IMG/VR virus record: IMGVR_UViG_3300030372_001119
Location: 1 to 32,428 of that record
From: a virus
Lineage: Duplodnaviria > Caudoviricetes
Length of the DNA stretch: 32,428 nucleotides
Reading direction: 5' to 3' (one strand)
Positions 1 through 8,322 of this stretch are shown here, piece by piece. The notes below the pieces were generated by a model. The model searched no databases. It saw only the letters and a list, made by a program, of their open reading frames with translations, and was not told the origin of the DNA. Numbering within the stretch: the stretch's first letter is position 1; every line of letters starts with the position of its first letter. Both the position numbers and the translations under genes were made by a program.

Positions 1-2
1 TT

Positions 3-146
3 AACTCAGAGTTCAGAGTTAAATGGCCAAGAGGTGAGTTTGGTGCGCTACCAGATGATGCACTTCAAGACATGCGGATTGAGCAACTGCAAGAAGAAGT
101 TAGTAAAATCAAGGAGCAAGTAGATGAAATCAATAAAGATAAATAA
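3..146 (+). CDS. 3' end of a phage hypothetical protein (5'-truncated)
   Basis: Open frame read by hand: NSEFRVKWPRGEFGALPDDALQDMRIEQLQEEVSKIKEQVDEINKDK*, TAA at 144-146; coiled-coil-like C-terminus; overlaps the start of the next ORF. Confidence 0.7.
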   Translation, partial: NSEFRVKWPRGEFGALPDDALQDMRIEQLQEEVSKIKEQVDEINKDK

Positions 147-321
147 AGACACACAAGTTTATGTTATACCAACTGGCGATAAGCTAAGAGTATGTATAGA
201 CCATGAGTCTGTATGGAAAGACATGACAGTTAATGCGTATATGAATATGATTGCTGGATGTATGGATGCTATCCAAGAAATAAGACGAGAAGAAAAACTT
301 TGTAAATGTTGTAAGGAGTAA
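124..321 (+). CDS. hypothetical protein
   Basis: 65 aa ORF, AAGGAG SD at 111-116, tightly packed with neighbours. Confidence 0.65.
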   Translation: MKSIKINKDTQVYVIPTGDKLRVCIDHESVWKDMTVNAYMNMIAGCMDAIQEIRREEKLCKCCKE

Positions 322-324
322 ACA

Positions 325-1362
325 ATGGCACGCAACCCACTAACAGCCGATGAATTATTAGAAGTATTAGAAGCAGACAATGAACATGATAGCAGACATG
401 ATGCTGCTAAAGCATTAGGTTTAAGCTATGCTACATTTACTGCAAGATTATATAGTGCAAGAGAAAGGTTACCGGACTTAACTAAAGAACCTGAGTTTGA
501 AGTACCAGACCTACCTTCAGAAGAATTACCTATTGAAGAATTAATTGAGTATAAACGAAAGAGATTTCGTACAAGAAAAAATGCTACTGATGCTCATGAA
601 TGGGTAGATGTTAAAGTAAATATTGATGGACCAGTAGGTATACTATGGATGGGTGATCCACACATAGATGATAACCATTGTGATTGGGAGAAGTTATACT
701 CTGATGTAGAGTTAATTAAATCTAATACAGCTATTAAAGGTGCATCGATAGGTGATGTACACAATAATTGGATAGGCCGTTTGTCACTCAAAATGAGTCC
801 TAGTCAGGAGACAACTGATGCACAAACCTATATGCTTATTGAATGGTTGATTAATAACATGGACCCACTCATACTCATTCGAGGGAATCATGATAACTGG
901 ACACCTAGTGCAAAGGATCCGATGACATGGATGGAACAGCCAAAGAATATCTCTGCTGATTGGCAAGTTAAGTTTAGATTAAATTTTCCTAATGGATATT
1001 CTCTTTCGGTGGACGCTCGTCACGATTTTCCTGGTCACTCTCAGTACTCAAATCTTCATGGACTGATGAAAGCGAGTCTTTGGAATTCTGATGCTGATCT
1101 GTATGTTGCTGGTCATAAGCATAACTGGGGGATTCAGAAAGTGGAGCAAGTAAATGGTAAAGTAAGTTCTTTAGTTCGACTAAGAGGTTATAAGTATCAC
1201 GATCAATATGCAATAGATAAGGGTTTTCATCAACAGCAACATGGTCAGTCAATTTTACAAGTGATTGATCCATACTCTGCAAGTGCTTCAAAACAACTGA
1301 TGTTTGAGAATGTGGAAGAAGGCCGTGACTATCTGGAATTTCTTCAAAAGAAATCTCGTTAA
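325..1362 (+). CDS. calcineurin-like metallophosphoesterase with N-terminal HTH-like segment
   Basis: Motifs GDPH, GDVHNN, GNHD, RH, GHKH in canonical order; AAGGAG SD; N-terminal AAKALGLSYATF resembles an HTH. Confidence 0.85.
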   Translation: MARNPLTADELLEVLEADNEHDSRHDAAKALGLSYATFTARLYSARERLPDLTKEPEFEVPDLPSEELPIEELIEYKRKRFRTRKNATDAHEWVDVKVNIDGPVGILWMGDPHIDDNHCDWEKLYSDVELIKSNTAIKGASIGDVHNNWIGRLSLKMSPSQETTDAQTYMLIEWLINNMDPLILIRGNHDNWTPSAKDPMTWMEQPKNISADWQVKFRLNFPNGYSLSVDARHDFPGHSQYSNLHGLMKASLWNSDADLYVAGHKHNWGIQKVEQVNGKVSSLVRLRGYKYHDQYAIDKGFHQQQHGQSILQVIDPYSASASKQLMFENVEEGRDYLEFLQKKSR

Positions 1363-1627
1363 ATATTTTCTGGTATTCATCCACAATATCTTGTGGTGCT
1401 TTTTTAATACCATTCATAATAGTAGAGTGGTCTTTGTTAAACAGTCTACCTATCTCTCCGTAACTTAATCCAGAATTTTTTCTGATTAGTTTCCACATAA
1501 CCCATCGTGGTTCTGTTACTTGTTTTGTTCTTTGGTCGCCTCTTAGTTCTTCTACATTTAAATCATAATCCTCCATAATCTTATGGACTATATGTGTAAG
1601 TTTTTTATTTTTGAATTTCATTTGCAT
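989..1627 (-). CDS. DnaA C-terminal (domain IV) helix-turn-helix protein; C-terminal extension runs antisense over the phosphoesterase
   Basis: LRGDQRTKQVTEPRWVMW...SYGEIGRLFNKDHSTIMNGIKK matches the DnaA domain IV signature (R..S...IG..F.RDHTTV); AAAGGAG SD. Confidence 0.8.
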   Translation of the reverse strand: MQMKFKNKKLTHIVHKIMEDYDLNVEELRGDQRTKQVTEPRWVMWKLIRKNSGLSYGEIGRLFNKDHSTIMNGIKKAPQDIVDEYQKIFNEISFEEIPDSHGLLPHSQTSVVLKHLQSMDQSLVKLTDHVAVDENPYLLHIDRDTYNLLVELKNLLYHLLAPLSESPSYAYDQQHTDQHQNSKDSLSSVHEDLSTESDQENRDERPPKENIH

Positions 1628-1669
1628 AGCTCTCCTTTATAGCAATTACTTATCTCCTTATCTACTCAC

Positions 1670-1708
1670 AAAAAAAATAGGCACAGCTCCAATGCTACTG
1701 TGCCTATT
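1670..1708 (-). terminator. probable intrinsic terminator after ssb
   Basis: 11 bp stem AATAGGCACAG (1676-1686)/CTGTGCCTATT (1698-1708) followed by a U-run on the minus strand. Confidence 0.75.
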
Positions 1709-1779
1709 AGTCATTCGTTTGCGCCTTTGAATACTAACCTATTGATACACAAACGAATTAGGAAAGGAGAATCAATAGG

Positions 1780-2199
1780 TTAAAATGGTATATCACTATC
1801 ATCATTGTCTTTCGCTCCGCCTGTTGTGGGCTTCGCTTCTGACTCTGATGATTTAGAATCTAGCATGGTAAATGTAGAATTGAATCCTTGAAGTACAACT
1901 TCGGTAGTATACTTTTCTACTCCGTCTTTGTCCTCATACTTTCTTGTCTGCAATTTACCCTCAATAAATACATTACTTCCTTTCGTAACATATTGTTCTA
2001 TAACAGGAATCAATCCCTCTTGGAATACTACTACTCTACTCCATTCGGTTCTTTCCTGTTGATCTCCGCTCTTGTCTTTCCATCGTTCAGATGTTGCAAG
2101 ACTAAAGGTTGCGAATCTCCCTCCTGTCTTTGTATCTCTGATCTCTGGGTCCGCTCCTAGTCTACCTATGAGCATTACTTTATTTAAACTTCCTGACAT
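1780..2199 (-). CDS. ssb: single-stranded DNA-binding protein
   Basis: MSGSLNKVMLIGRLGADPEIR...LATSERWKDK...IEGKLQTRKY...acidic DDSDIPF tail; EVVLQGFNS motif is alphaproteobacterial-like. Confidence 0.97.
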   Translation of the reverse strand: MSGSLNKVMLIGRLGADPEIRDTKTGGRFATFSLATSERWKDKSGDQQERTEWSRVVVFQEGLIPVIEQYVTKGSNVFIEGKLQTRKYEDKDGVEKYTTEVVLQGFNSTFTMLDSKSSESEAKPTTGGAKDNDDSDIPF

Positions 2200-2598
2200 T
2201 TATTCCTCCTTATCTTGTTTAAATGAATCAGCTTCTACATCACTATAGAAGTCTGAGTATACATCAACACATTTAAGAACAACTCTATCGTGTCCTCTTT
2301 TCTCTGCCATAGCCAGAGGGTATGCGTTGTGTGTATTCTTACTGCTTGTTTCTCCAAAGGATTCTATCTGCAATCCTGTTACAGTATTCTTAGCAGTAGC
2401 TTTAATATATATGTTACCCATAATTTCTTTTGGTTCTCCATAGGTAACAATAATATTATTGTATGCTGCGATTCTTTGCACAGCTTGGTTACTTAATATC
2501 CATTGTTTGTTTTGTTTTAATTGCCAAGCAAGTTTATCGTTTGGCTCTATGTCTGGGCAAAGTTTTTGTATCTTAGCCCATGCTTCTTGTTTATCCAT
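2200..2598 (-). CDS. phage protein, possible ssDNA-annealing recombinase
   Basis: 132 aa between exonuclease and ssb; ESFGE...NAYPLAMAEKRG.DRVVLK motif; function inferred from gene position. Confidence 0.55.
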   Translation of the reverse strand: MDKQEAWAKIQKLCPDIEPNDKLAWQLKQNKQWILSNQAVQRIAAYNNIIVTYGEPKEIMGNIYIKATAKNTVTGLQIESFGETSSKNTHNAYPLAMAEKRGHDRVVLKCVDVYSDFYSDVEADSFKQDKEE

Positions 2599-2607
2599 TG
2601 GTTGCTC

Positions 2608-3603
2608 CTATTTAATTCTAATAGATACTATGCCATTTTTATTTCGGCTGGCAGTAATACCGTTGTATGTTACAGACTTGGCATCATCTGGTATCAGTTT
2701 CTTGAGGTGAGTTTTGTTATGTTCGTTTTCCTCTTTAGACTTACTGAATCCAGTATTGCTTACTGAAGTTTCTATTGCTTTATCAATAAATTCTTTAGCC
2801 CAATTCCAATCTGCACATTCGTTAAGATTATACACCTTACCGCTTGCACATACAATATCTTTTTCTATTGGTATACCAGTAACCCAATCTAATTCTTGTG
2901 ATACTTTCCACCATTCATCTCTGTTTGGTTTCTCTCCATCTTCATAGAACCTTGCTTGGTCATGCCAATAGTCATGGATTAATGATCCTAATTCCATAGC
3001 TCTTTTCATGTAATCTGAAAGAAATTTATCATCTCTTTTAACTATGTCATGCTGTTGTTTTTTGTTTCCAAAGATAGCTGAAATCATTATCTCATCTCTA
3101 CCCCAAACATACATGTGATGTTGTAACTGTGGATAATAGTTTTTAATTACTGTATCTAAGTTACTGTACTCTCCAGTATGTTTAAGTTCTACTAAGCTAA
3201 TACTTTTTATATTATTATTAGGATGATTAATAGGTTCATTTGAATAAGCTATGTCAATAGTAGATGCTAATATAAATGGATGAGCTGGGCTATCAGATTC
3301 AACAACACAATGTGCTTGTTCATACATTAAGTTATGTTCATGTCCGTAACCAACTACATTGTTTCTTGTTAACTGTTTGTTAAGCCAACTTGTATGAAAC
3401 TCCTCAGTAGCTAATCCTAATTGAACAGGGAATACATTAGACAAATCATCTTTGAGATGATCTATCTTTTGTTCCCAAAGTTTTTCTAAATCATAGTAGT
3501 CACCACTAGCTATTGCTCTTGCATCACTACTACTTATTTTATCCTGATAGTATTCTTCTCTCGTACCAGTATAGTCTACACTTTTATATATTTTAATCGA
3601 CAT
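2608..3603 (-). CDS. YqaJ-like viral recombinase / lambda-exonuclease-family nuclease
   Basis: ISSSDA, VQLGLATE, LASTID, VELKHT, YYPQLQHHM motifs typical of the YqaJ PD-(D/E)xK fold. Confidence 0.85.
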   Translation of the reverse strand: MSIKIYKSVDYTGTREEYYQDKISSSDARAIASGDYYDLEKLWEQKIDHLKDDLSNVFPVQLGLATEEFHTSWLNKQLTRNNVVGYGHEHNLMYEQAHCVVESDSPAHPFILASTIDIAYSNEPINHPNNNIKSISLVELKHTGEYSNLDTVIKNYYPQLQHHMYVWGRDEIMISAIFGNKKQQHDIVKRDDKFLSDYMKRAMELGSLIHDYWHDQARFYEDGEKPNRDEWWKVSQELDWVTGIPIEKDIVCASGKVYNLNECADWNWAKEFIDKAIETSVSNTGFSKSKEENEHNKTHLKKLIPDDAKSVTYNGITASRNKNGIVSIRIK

Positions 3604-3605
3604 TG

Positions 3606-3725
3606 TTAAACTCCAAAGATAAATGCAAGACCATTCAACAATACAATTCCAGATAGAATTGCTATCATCATAGTCTTAAGGTATTGTTTAACTGCATATT
3701 GCAGTTCTTGTTTTTGAGTATTCAT
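3606..3725 (-). CDS. small single-pass membrane protein (39 aa)
   Basis: Read by hand: MNTQKQELQYAVKQYLKTMMIAILSGIVLLNGLAFIFGV*; GAGGAG SD; exactly fills the gap between neighbours. Confidence 0.65.
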   Translation of the reverse strand: MNTQKQELQYAVKQYLKTMMIAILSGIVLLNGLAFIFGV

Positions 3726-4295
3726 TTATTTCTCCTCTAATTGTTCAGCAATTTTTTTATGAGCATGCTGTAATAACTCAAACACTTCCACTCGTGGAAT
3801 GTATATCTTGTTAGCATGTGTTCTAATATTTTTTATGCTAGGGTATTCAGATTCTTTAACCATCTTAGATACTGCATATTGAATAGCATCAGCTGGAAAT
3901 AATTTTAATTCATTAGAGTACACAGCATAGAAGTCTTTCTTTTCTTGCTCTGTATCTGGTAACACATGCTTGTTAACTAAGAACAATAGATACAAACACT
4001 CAGACATTTGTTCTAATGTAATAGGTTGTAGTCTATCTATCATAAACTGTAAGTCTATATCCAATTCATCAAGTGCTGCGTTTATTTCTTTCTGGGATTT
4101 GTAAGACTTTACTTCCATCTGTGCTTTGTATTGCACCCCTGTCAACAATTCCTTGCTGAATGGTGTTTGCAGATGTGCTATTGGTTTCGTATCTATTATA
4201 GTAGTGTCCTTCTCGTAACCAGTTACTTGGGTACTTGATGTATCTTTGTTCGATTTTATTTTGTTGGACATATTTTCTGTACTCTCTTGCTCCAT
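3726..4295 (-). CDS. putative helicase loader/inhibitor-like replication protein (true start uncertain)
   Basis: FYAVYSNELKLFPADAIQYAV...YPSIKNIR resembles phage loader-type proteins; directly follows an initiator-like gene. Confidence 0.5.
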   Translation of the reverse strand: MEQESTENMSNKIKSNKDTSSTQVTGYEKDTTIIDTKPIAHLQTPFSKELLTGVQYKAQMEVKSYKSQKEINAALDELDIDLQFMIDRLQPITLEQMSECLYLLFLVNKHVLPDTEQEKKDFYAVYSNELKLFPADAIQYAVSKMVKESEYPSIKNIRTHANKIYIPRVEVFELLQHAHKKIAEQLEEK

Positions 4296-4455
4296 CTATA
4301 ATCTCCTGTTCTGTTGCGCCATCATCCCTTATCGCATTGACATACGCAGTCATAGCTGGAAATATTCCACTAGCATTTGGATATGCTTCCCAGAATAATT
4401 TAAATCCATCCATGAGTTTAAGTTTAATGAGGTCTTTCTGTTTGTATACTTTCAT
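4069..4455 (-). CDS. putative phage replication initiator-type protein
   Basis: FKLFWEAYP...YIKYPSNWLREGHY is the FxxFWxxYP / PxxWL motif pair of phage replication protein C-terminal domains; GGAG SD before ATG 4455. Confidence 0.65.
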   Translation of the reverse strand: MKVYKQKDLIKLKLMDGFKLFWEAYPNASGIFPAMTAYVNAIRDDGATEQEIIDGAREYRKYVQQNKIEQRYIKYPSNWLREGHYYNRYETNSTSANTIQQGIVDRGAIQSTDGSKVLQIPERNKRST

Positions 4456-4711
4456 TAGTAGTCTCCAATTTAATATCGCAGTCAAGGGCCATAGCCCATG
4501 AAGTTAAATTGAAAGCACCTGGACTTCTAATACCACATTCCCATTTACCTACCAACCCATCGGCATTACCCATGCGTTGATCCAATTCTAATTGAGATAT
4601 ATTCAAACTCTCTCTCCTTAGTTTGAATTGATATATCAGTTCCCAATACCATGATGGTTTGTAACCTACACGATTAGACCTTGATGCTATCCATTCATTC
4701 TTATCTGCCAT
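4424..4711 (-). CDS. XRE-family helix-turn-helix transcriptional regulator
   Basis: RRESLNISQLELDQRMGNADGLVGKWECGIRSP...WAMALDC. Confidence 0.85.
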   Translation of the reverse strand: MADKNEWIASRSNRVGYKPSWYWELIYQFKLRRESLNISQLELDQRMGNADGLVGKWECGIRSPGAFNLTSWAMALDCDIKLETTNESIQTERPH

Positions 4712-4743
4712 AACAGTATAGCATAGGTGCTTTCGTTTTTAAA

Positions 4744-5181
4744 TCAAGATAGTTTTTCTATTACATCTTGTAATACTATTTTTTCTAGCATACCTAATGA
4801 TGTAACAGCTGGATTATCCTCTGCATTAAACATAGTAGAGTCATGTACTAATGACCATAAGTTAAAGTTATTCCAATCAACTTTGATCTTACCATTATCA
4901 CTATACCTCATGCTTTCAACAGAATAATCATCTCCGTAATTATCACAAGACCGTAGCCAATCTGCAAATTCTTTAGCATCATGATCAATAGCTTCGTCTA
5001 ATTGATAGAGTTTATCTCTTTGTTCTTTAACTTTTTCTTTCCTAAGATTTAAACTTTTTAGCTTATTGATAACAAGTTTATTATCTTCTGCTAGTTTTAG
5101 AAAATGTTTACGAACAGCTTTCTTAACTCTATCTTCTATTCGTTCCCTATCTTTTACTCTTACATTTAGTTTTTTTGCCAT
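4744..5181 (-). CDS. hypothetical protein
   Basis: 145 aa, AAAGGAG SD, basic coiled-coil N-terminus. Confidence 0.75.
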   Translation of the reverse strand: MAKKLNVRVKDRERIEDRVKKAVRKHFLKLAEDNKLVINKLKSLNLRKEKVKEQRDKLYQLDEAIDHDAKEFADWLRSCDNYGDDYSVESMRYSDNGKIKVDWNNFNLWSLVHDSTMFNAEDNPAVTSLGMLEKIVLQDVIEKLS

Positions 5182-5193
5182 GTTATTTCTCCT

Positions 5194-5370
5194 TTATATG
5201 ACATTAATAAAATCACTAGCATCTTGTTCAGATGTAGTGACGACCACTCTGCGCACAGTCCTACGACCGTGAACAATTTGCATAGGCATAGGTTCGCCCA
5301 TCAAATTCAATGTGATAGTGTATATAATGAATACTAAATTACATACTAATAGCTTTCAATCAGTAGACAT
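5194..5370 (-). pseudogene. small ORF interrupted by an in-frame TGA at codon 5
   Basis: GGGAGG SD then MSTD*KLLVCNLVFIIYTITLNLMGEPMPMQIVHGRRTVRRVVVTTSEQDASDFINVI*; frame otherwise open up to the next gene's SD. Confidence 0.4.
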
Positions 5371-5444
5371 AATGCCCTCCCACTATGTGTTAAGGGAATT
5401 ATCCTAAGATAAAATACTAATTACTATCTTGACATTAAGGTATT

Positions 5445-5516
5445 TTAAATGTGCCAAAGTAAAAATAATGTTACTATTAAAAACACTATTTCAACTTTCT
5501 CTTTTATATCCAACAC
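5445..5516 (-). CDS. possible 23 aa hydrophobic peptide
   Basis: GGAG SD, GTG start, MLDIKEKVEIVFLIVTLFLLWHI*. Confidence 0.3.
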   Translation of the reverse strand: MLDIKEKVEIVFLIVTLFLLWHI

Positions 5517-5677
5517 TTATAATCTCCACATGCACCACCTTCTGCACCAGCACCACAGTACATACATATACCAGATTCTATTGCTATCTGTCTTAGTCTT
5601 TCTGTTTCTGCTGCTTCAGCTAATGCATCCATCATCTGGTCCATTGCCTCATCTACATAATGTTTTTCTTTTGCCAT
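5504..5677 (-). CDS. small Cys-rich (putative zinc-binding) protein, 57 aa
   Basis: Read by hand: MAKEKHYVDEAMDQMMDALAEAAETERLRQIAIESGICMYCGAGAEGGACGDYKCWI*; AAGGAG SD; CxxC...CxxxxC. Confidence 0.75.
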   Translation of the reverse strand: MAKEKHYVDEAMDQMMDALAEAAETERLRQIAIESGICMYCGAGAEGGACGDYKCWI

Positions 5678-5937
5678 TCTTTTTTCTCCTTATATAATCT
5701 GTTAATAATAATTGCAGATGCGTCACATCTGCTACATAAATATTCACGCATTGTATTTACTACATCATAGTAATAATCTTCATCGACTTGATAAGCATAA
5801 GGTCCAATGAATCCACCTCTGGTTTCTAATATATCAATAGAATTTTCTACTGCCATTCTACTTCTTGTTTTAATTCTTCTACCCATAGATGCAAACTCAT
5901 GATTTACTTGTTGCCTAATCCATTCTTGACTGTACAT
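5653..5937 (-). CDS. hypothetical protein
   Basis: 94 aa ORF, AAAGGAG SD. Confidence 0.7.
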   Translation of the reverse strand: MYSQEWIRQQVNHEFASMGRRIKTRSRMAVENSIDILETRGGFIGPYAYQVDEDYYYDVVNTMREYLCSRCDASAIIINRLYKEKKEWQKKNIM

Positions 5938-5960
5938 ATTAATCTCCTTTTGTTTGGTTG

Positions 5961-6147
5961 CGTGATGAGTAATCTAAGCAGTTCGTGAGGCCTTTTTAAC
6001 TAAGGTTTCCCAGATGGTTACACCATTCGACAGGTTACCTACTCTGATTGACTTGCATTACATTCAATCAAGTGTGCAGTGTAACGATACTTGGATATGA
6101 TTTTCACAGCACTTATCATACCGCCTCTTTGCGTAATACTCATCACG
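5961..6147 (-). ncRNA. candidate structured RNA (~187 nt)
   Basis: Closed by an 11 bp terminal stem CGTGATGAGTA (5961-5971)/TACTCATCACG (6137-6147); several internal hairpins; minus-strand TATAAT about 6 nt upstream of the stem. Confidence 0.55.
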
Positions 6148-6278
6148 ACTTTATTATATAATGTTGGTTCGTGTGCGACACGCTGAAGATACTTACGATG
6201 TCGTACTTTCTTCGTCTGACTTTTGGTTACTCATCCTAGTATTTGTAACTCCGCTCATCAGCATTGCAATCCCACCCA

Positions 6279-6482
6279 TTATATAAATTCATTTAACTTT
6301 TCTAAGTTTAAGTTATGCTTTTGTTCTGCTGCAAAAGCACATTCTTCTATTTCAGTTTTCCAAAAATTTTTTTGTTCTGGATATTTACTATTCCTATAGT
6401 GTTGTATTGCATAAATGTATCTTTGTTTTAATTCAGTAGCATCTAAATCTAATGTTGAATATCTATTAGTTACTGTCATCAA
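6279..6482 (-). CDS. hypothetical protein
   Basis: 67 aa ORF, AGGAG SD, overlaps upstream gene end. Confidence 0.65.
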   Translation of the reverse strand: MMTVTNRYSTLDLDATELKQRYIYAIQHYRNSKYPEQKNFWKTEIEECAFAAEQKHNLNLEKLNEFI

Positions 6483-6840
6483 ATATATCTCCTAATAATT
6501 TGTTACCTTGATGGCTAATCTGATATACTAATCGCTCTACTTTAGTATCTTTACTTGGTCTTGTTACTTCTAATACATCAAGCAATATCCCATATCCGTG
6601 CATGGTAGTATTCTTTGCCATGTCTGATACTCTTGATGATACAGATGTTTCTTTAAAGCCAGACTTAATAGCAATCTCATCAACAGTCATACCTCTTGCA
6701 TTGTCTTTGATTGCTTTGAGAATTTTGTAGTCCATTCTCTTTGTGTATTTGTTTCGACTGGTCTTTGGATCGGTGTGTCTGTATCTTGTAGGATATTTTT
6801 TAGCCAGGTCTATTATATTTATATCAGTTGGTATCGCCAT
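6466..6840 (-). CDS. winged-helix DNA-binding protein
   Basis: RHTDPKTS...ILKAIK...GMTVDEIAIKSG...SVSSRVSDM; GGAGGT SD before ATG 6840. Confidence 0.7.
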   Translation of the reverse strand: MAIPTDINIIDLAKKYPTRYRHTDPKTSRNKYTKRMDYKILKAIKDNARGMTVDEIAIKSGFKETSVSSRVSDMAKNTTMHGYGILLDVLEVTRPSKDTKVERLVYQISHQGNKLLGDIFDDSN

Positions 6841-7111
6841 CTGTACCTCCATATGCTTGGACTAAACTATCTTCAATAAGTTTATTAACTGCATGTTGTA
6901 ATGTATATGTAATCATAAACTTTCTTTGATCATCAGTTAGTTCTGGGTGTTGACTCATCATTATCTGATCGGTAATAAACCTAATATAATTTTCATCACT
7001 ATCATCAAATGTTATTTCAATATTAGGGTGTTGTCTTTTGATAGCTTTTATTATTTGGTTTCGTATGTTAGTACGAAATGATGTATCAACATCAGGTATT
7101 TCTTTAGTCAT
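6824..7111 (-). CDS. hypothetical protein
   Basis: 95 aa ORF, AAGGAG SD. Confidence 0.7.
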   Translation of the reverse strand: MTKEIPDVDTSFRTNIRNQIIKAIKRQHPNIEITFDDSDENYIRFITDQIMMSQHPELTDDQRKFMITYTLQHAVNKLIEDSLVQAYGGTDGDTN

Positions 7112-7147
7112 GTTTATCTCCTTATAATATTATTAACATAATCCACA

Positions 7148-8119
7148 TTAATTCACAACAACTTTAGGTTTTTTGTTATCCAATATCCAAGTTGCTGCCT
7201 TACTCGCTTGAGCAATACACTTAATAAGATACTGGCTGTCATCTTTAATAGCTCTATCCCATGATGATATGTATTTAAGATGATTAGGTTGTGCTTTAGC
7301 AATTACATTTAACTCCGTGCATACCATTATACTACACATCTCAGCTATTAATTCTTCTTTAGCTCTGCTCTCTTTGCATTTGTGGTATGAATCCATATCT
7401 CTATTAAGTCTTGATGGGTGGCCTGTAAGATGACCAGCTTCATGGAATATAACAGATAGATATTCTTGAGTAGCATCTGATTCTCCATCGATACCAAAGA
7501 ACTTCCATTCATCTGGCATTACAATAGTATCAGTACTTAATTGGTAGTATGCATGGCTACCTTGATGTTTAAGTTTAGCTTTCTGTTTCTTCATGAACTT
7601 AGATATTAATTCTTCGCAATCTTTATTCATATCAACAGCATTAGCTTTAGGTTCATCATTAAAGATAGCATAGTCATGGTCATTCCATTTTGGTATAGCT
7701 TTATGTACTGGTTGAACTTGGTCACCATTAAAGCCGGGTACTGTTATCCATTTGACTATATATTCTTTACCAGTTTTTTTGTTTACTCCAAAGATAGGTC
7801 TTATAATACCACAGTTACTTGCATCTTTAGGTGCATAACCCATACCAATCCACCCTTTATATGTGGACCAGAATTTAGATTTATATCCATTCATTTCAGA
7901 TACCATACTCATTAACATATTGTTAACTCCTTTGTATCTATTAAGTTTATTATCTTTTAATTCTATATCTAAACCAGATGCTTTGTATTGATCTTCAAAG
8001 GTAAGCTGCCATGTTCTTTGCCACTTACCCTCCTCATTACCAGCATCTTTTATTATAGATAAAAACTTAGAGTTAAATTTTTCTGTGTTAAACTCATACA
8101 CTTTATTTGTTTTACTCAT
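7148..8119 (-). CDS. ardC: ArdC-like antirestriction protein (ssDNA-binding domain plus zincin-like metallopeptidase domain)
   Basis: YKGVN..L, W.TYKGW, AYY....DTIVMP, FHEAGHLTGHPSRLNR (HExxH), KEELIAE, YISSW are ArdC family motifs; GGAG SD before ATG 8119. Confidence 0.88.
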   Translation of the reverse strand: MSKTNKVYEFNTEKFNSKFLSIIKDAGNEEGKWQRTWQLTFEDQYKASGLDIELKDNKLNRYKGVNNMLMSMVSEMNGYKSKFWSTYKGWIGMGYAPKDASNCGIIRPIFGVNKKTGKEYIVKWITVPGFNGDQVQPVHKAIPKWNDHDYAIFNDEPKANAVDMNKDCEELISKFMKKQKAKLKHQGSHAYYQLSTDTIVMPDEWKFFGIDGESDATQEYLSVIFHEAGHLTGHPSRLNRDMDSYHKCKESRAKEELIAEMCSIMVCTELNVIAKAQPNHLKYISSWDRAIKDDSQYLIKCIAQASKAATWILDNKKPKVVVN

Positions 8120-8300
8120 TGGTTTCTCCATAATTAATTTCAAGATTATTTACTCTGATTGTCATTACTCCATAGTCTATATCTTCAAGCCATGACCTGA
8201 TTTCATTAGCGATGTGTTGTTCATCAACCCATGTTTCATCATTATCATTTGAATTATCTCTTGATAGAGTTATTGATACATCAAATATTTCTATTGCCAT
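8112..8300 (-). CDS. hypothetical acidic protein
   Basis: MAIEIFDVSITLSRD..., AAAGGAG SD before ATG 8300. Confidence 0.7.
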   Translation of the reverse strand: MAIEIFDVSITLSRDNSNDNDETWVDEQHIANEIRSWLEDIDYGVMTIRVNNLEINYGETNE

Positions 8301-8322
8301 TATTTTCTCCTTTAAAAAAATT

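Noticed and set aside
4712-4743. Extended -10 TGCTATACT giving a leaderless XRE transcript
   Set aside because: The hexamer is only 3 nt from the ATG, too close for a start at or before the codon
6182-6262. Minus-strand CTGATGAG...GAAA as a hammerhead ribozyme
   Set aside because: Stem I and stem III/NUH pairing could not be built
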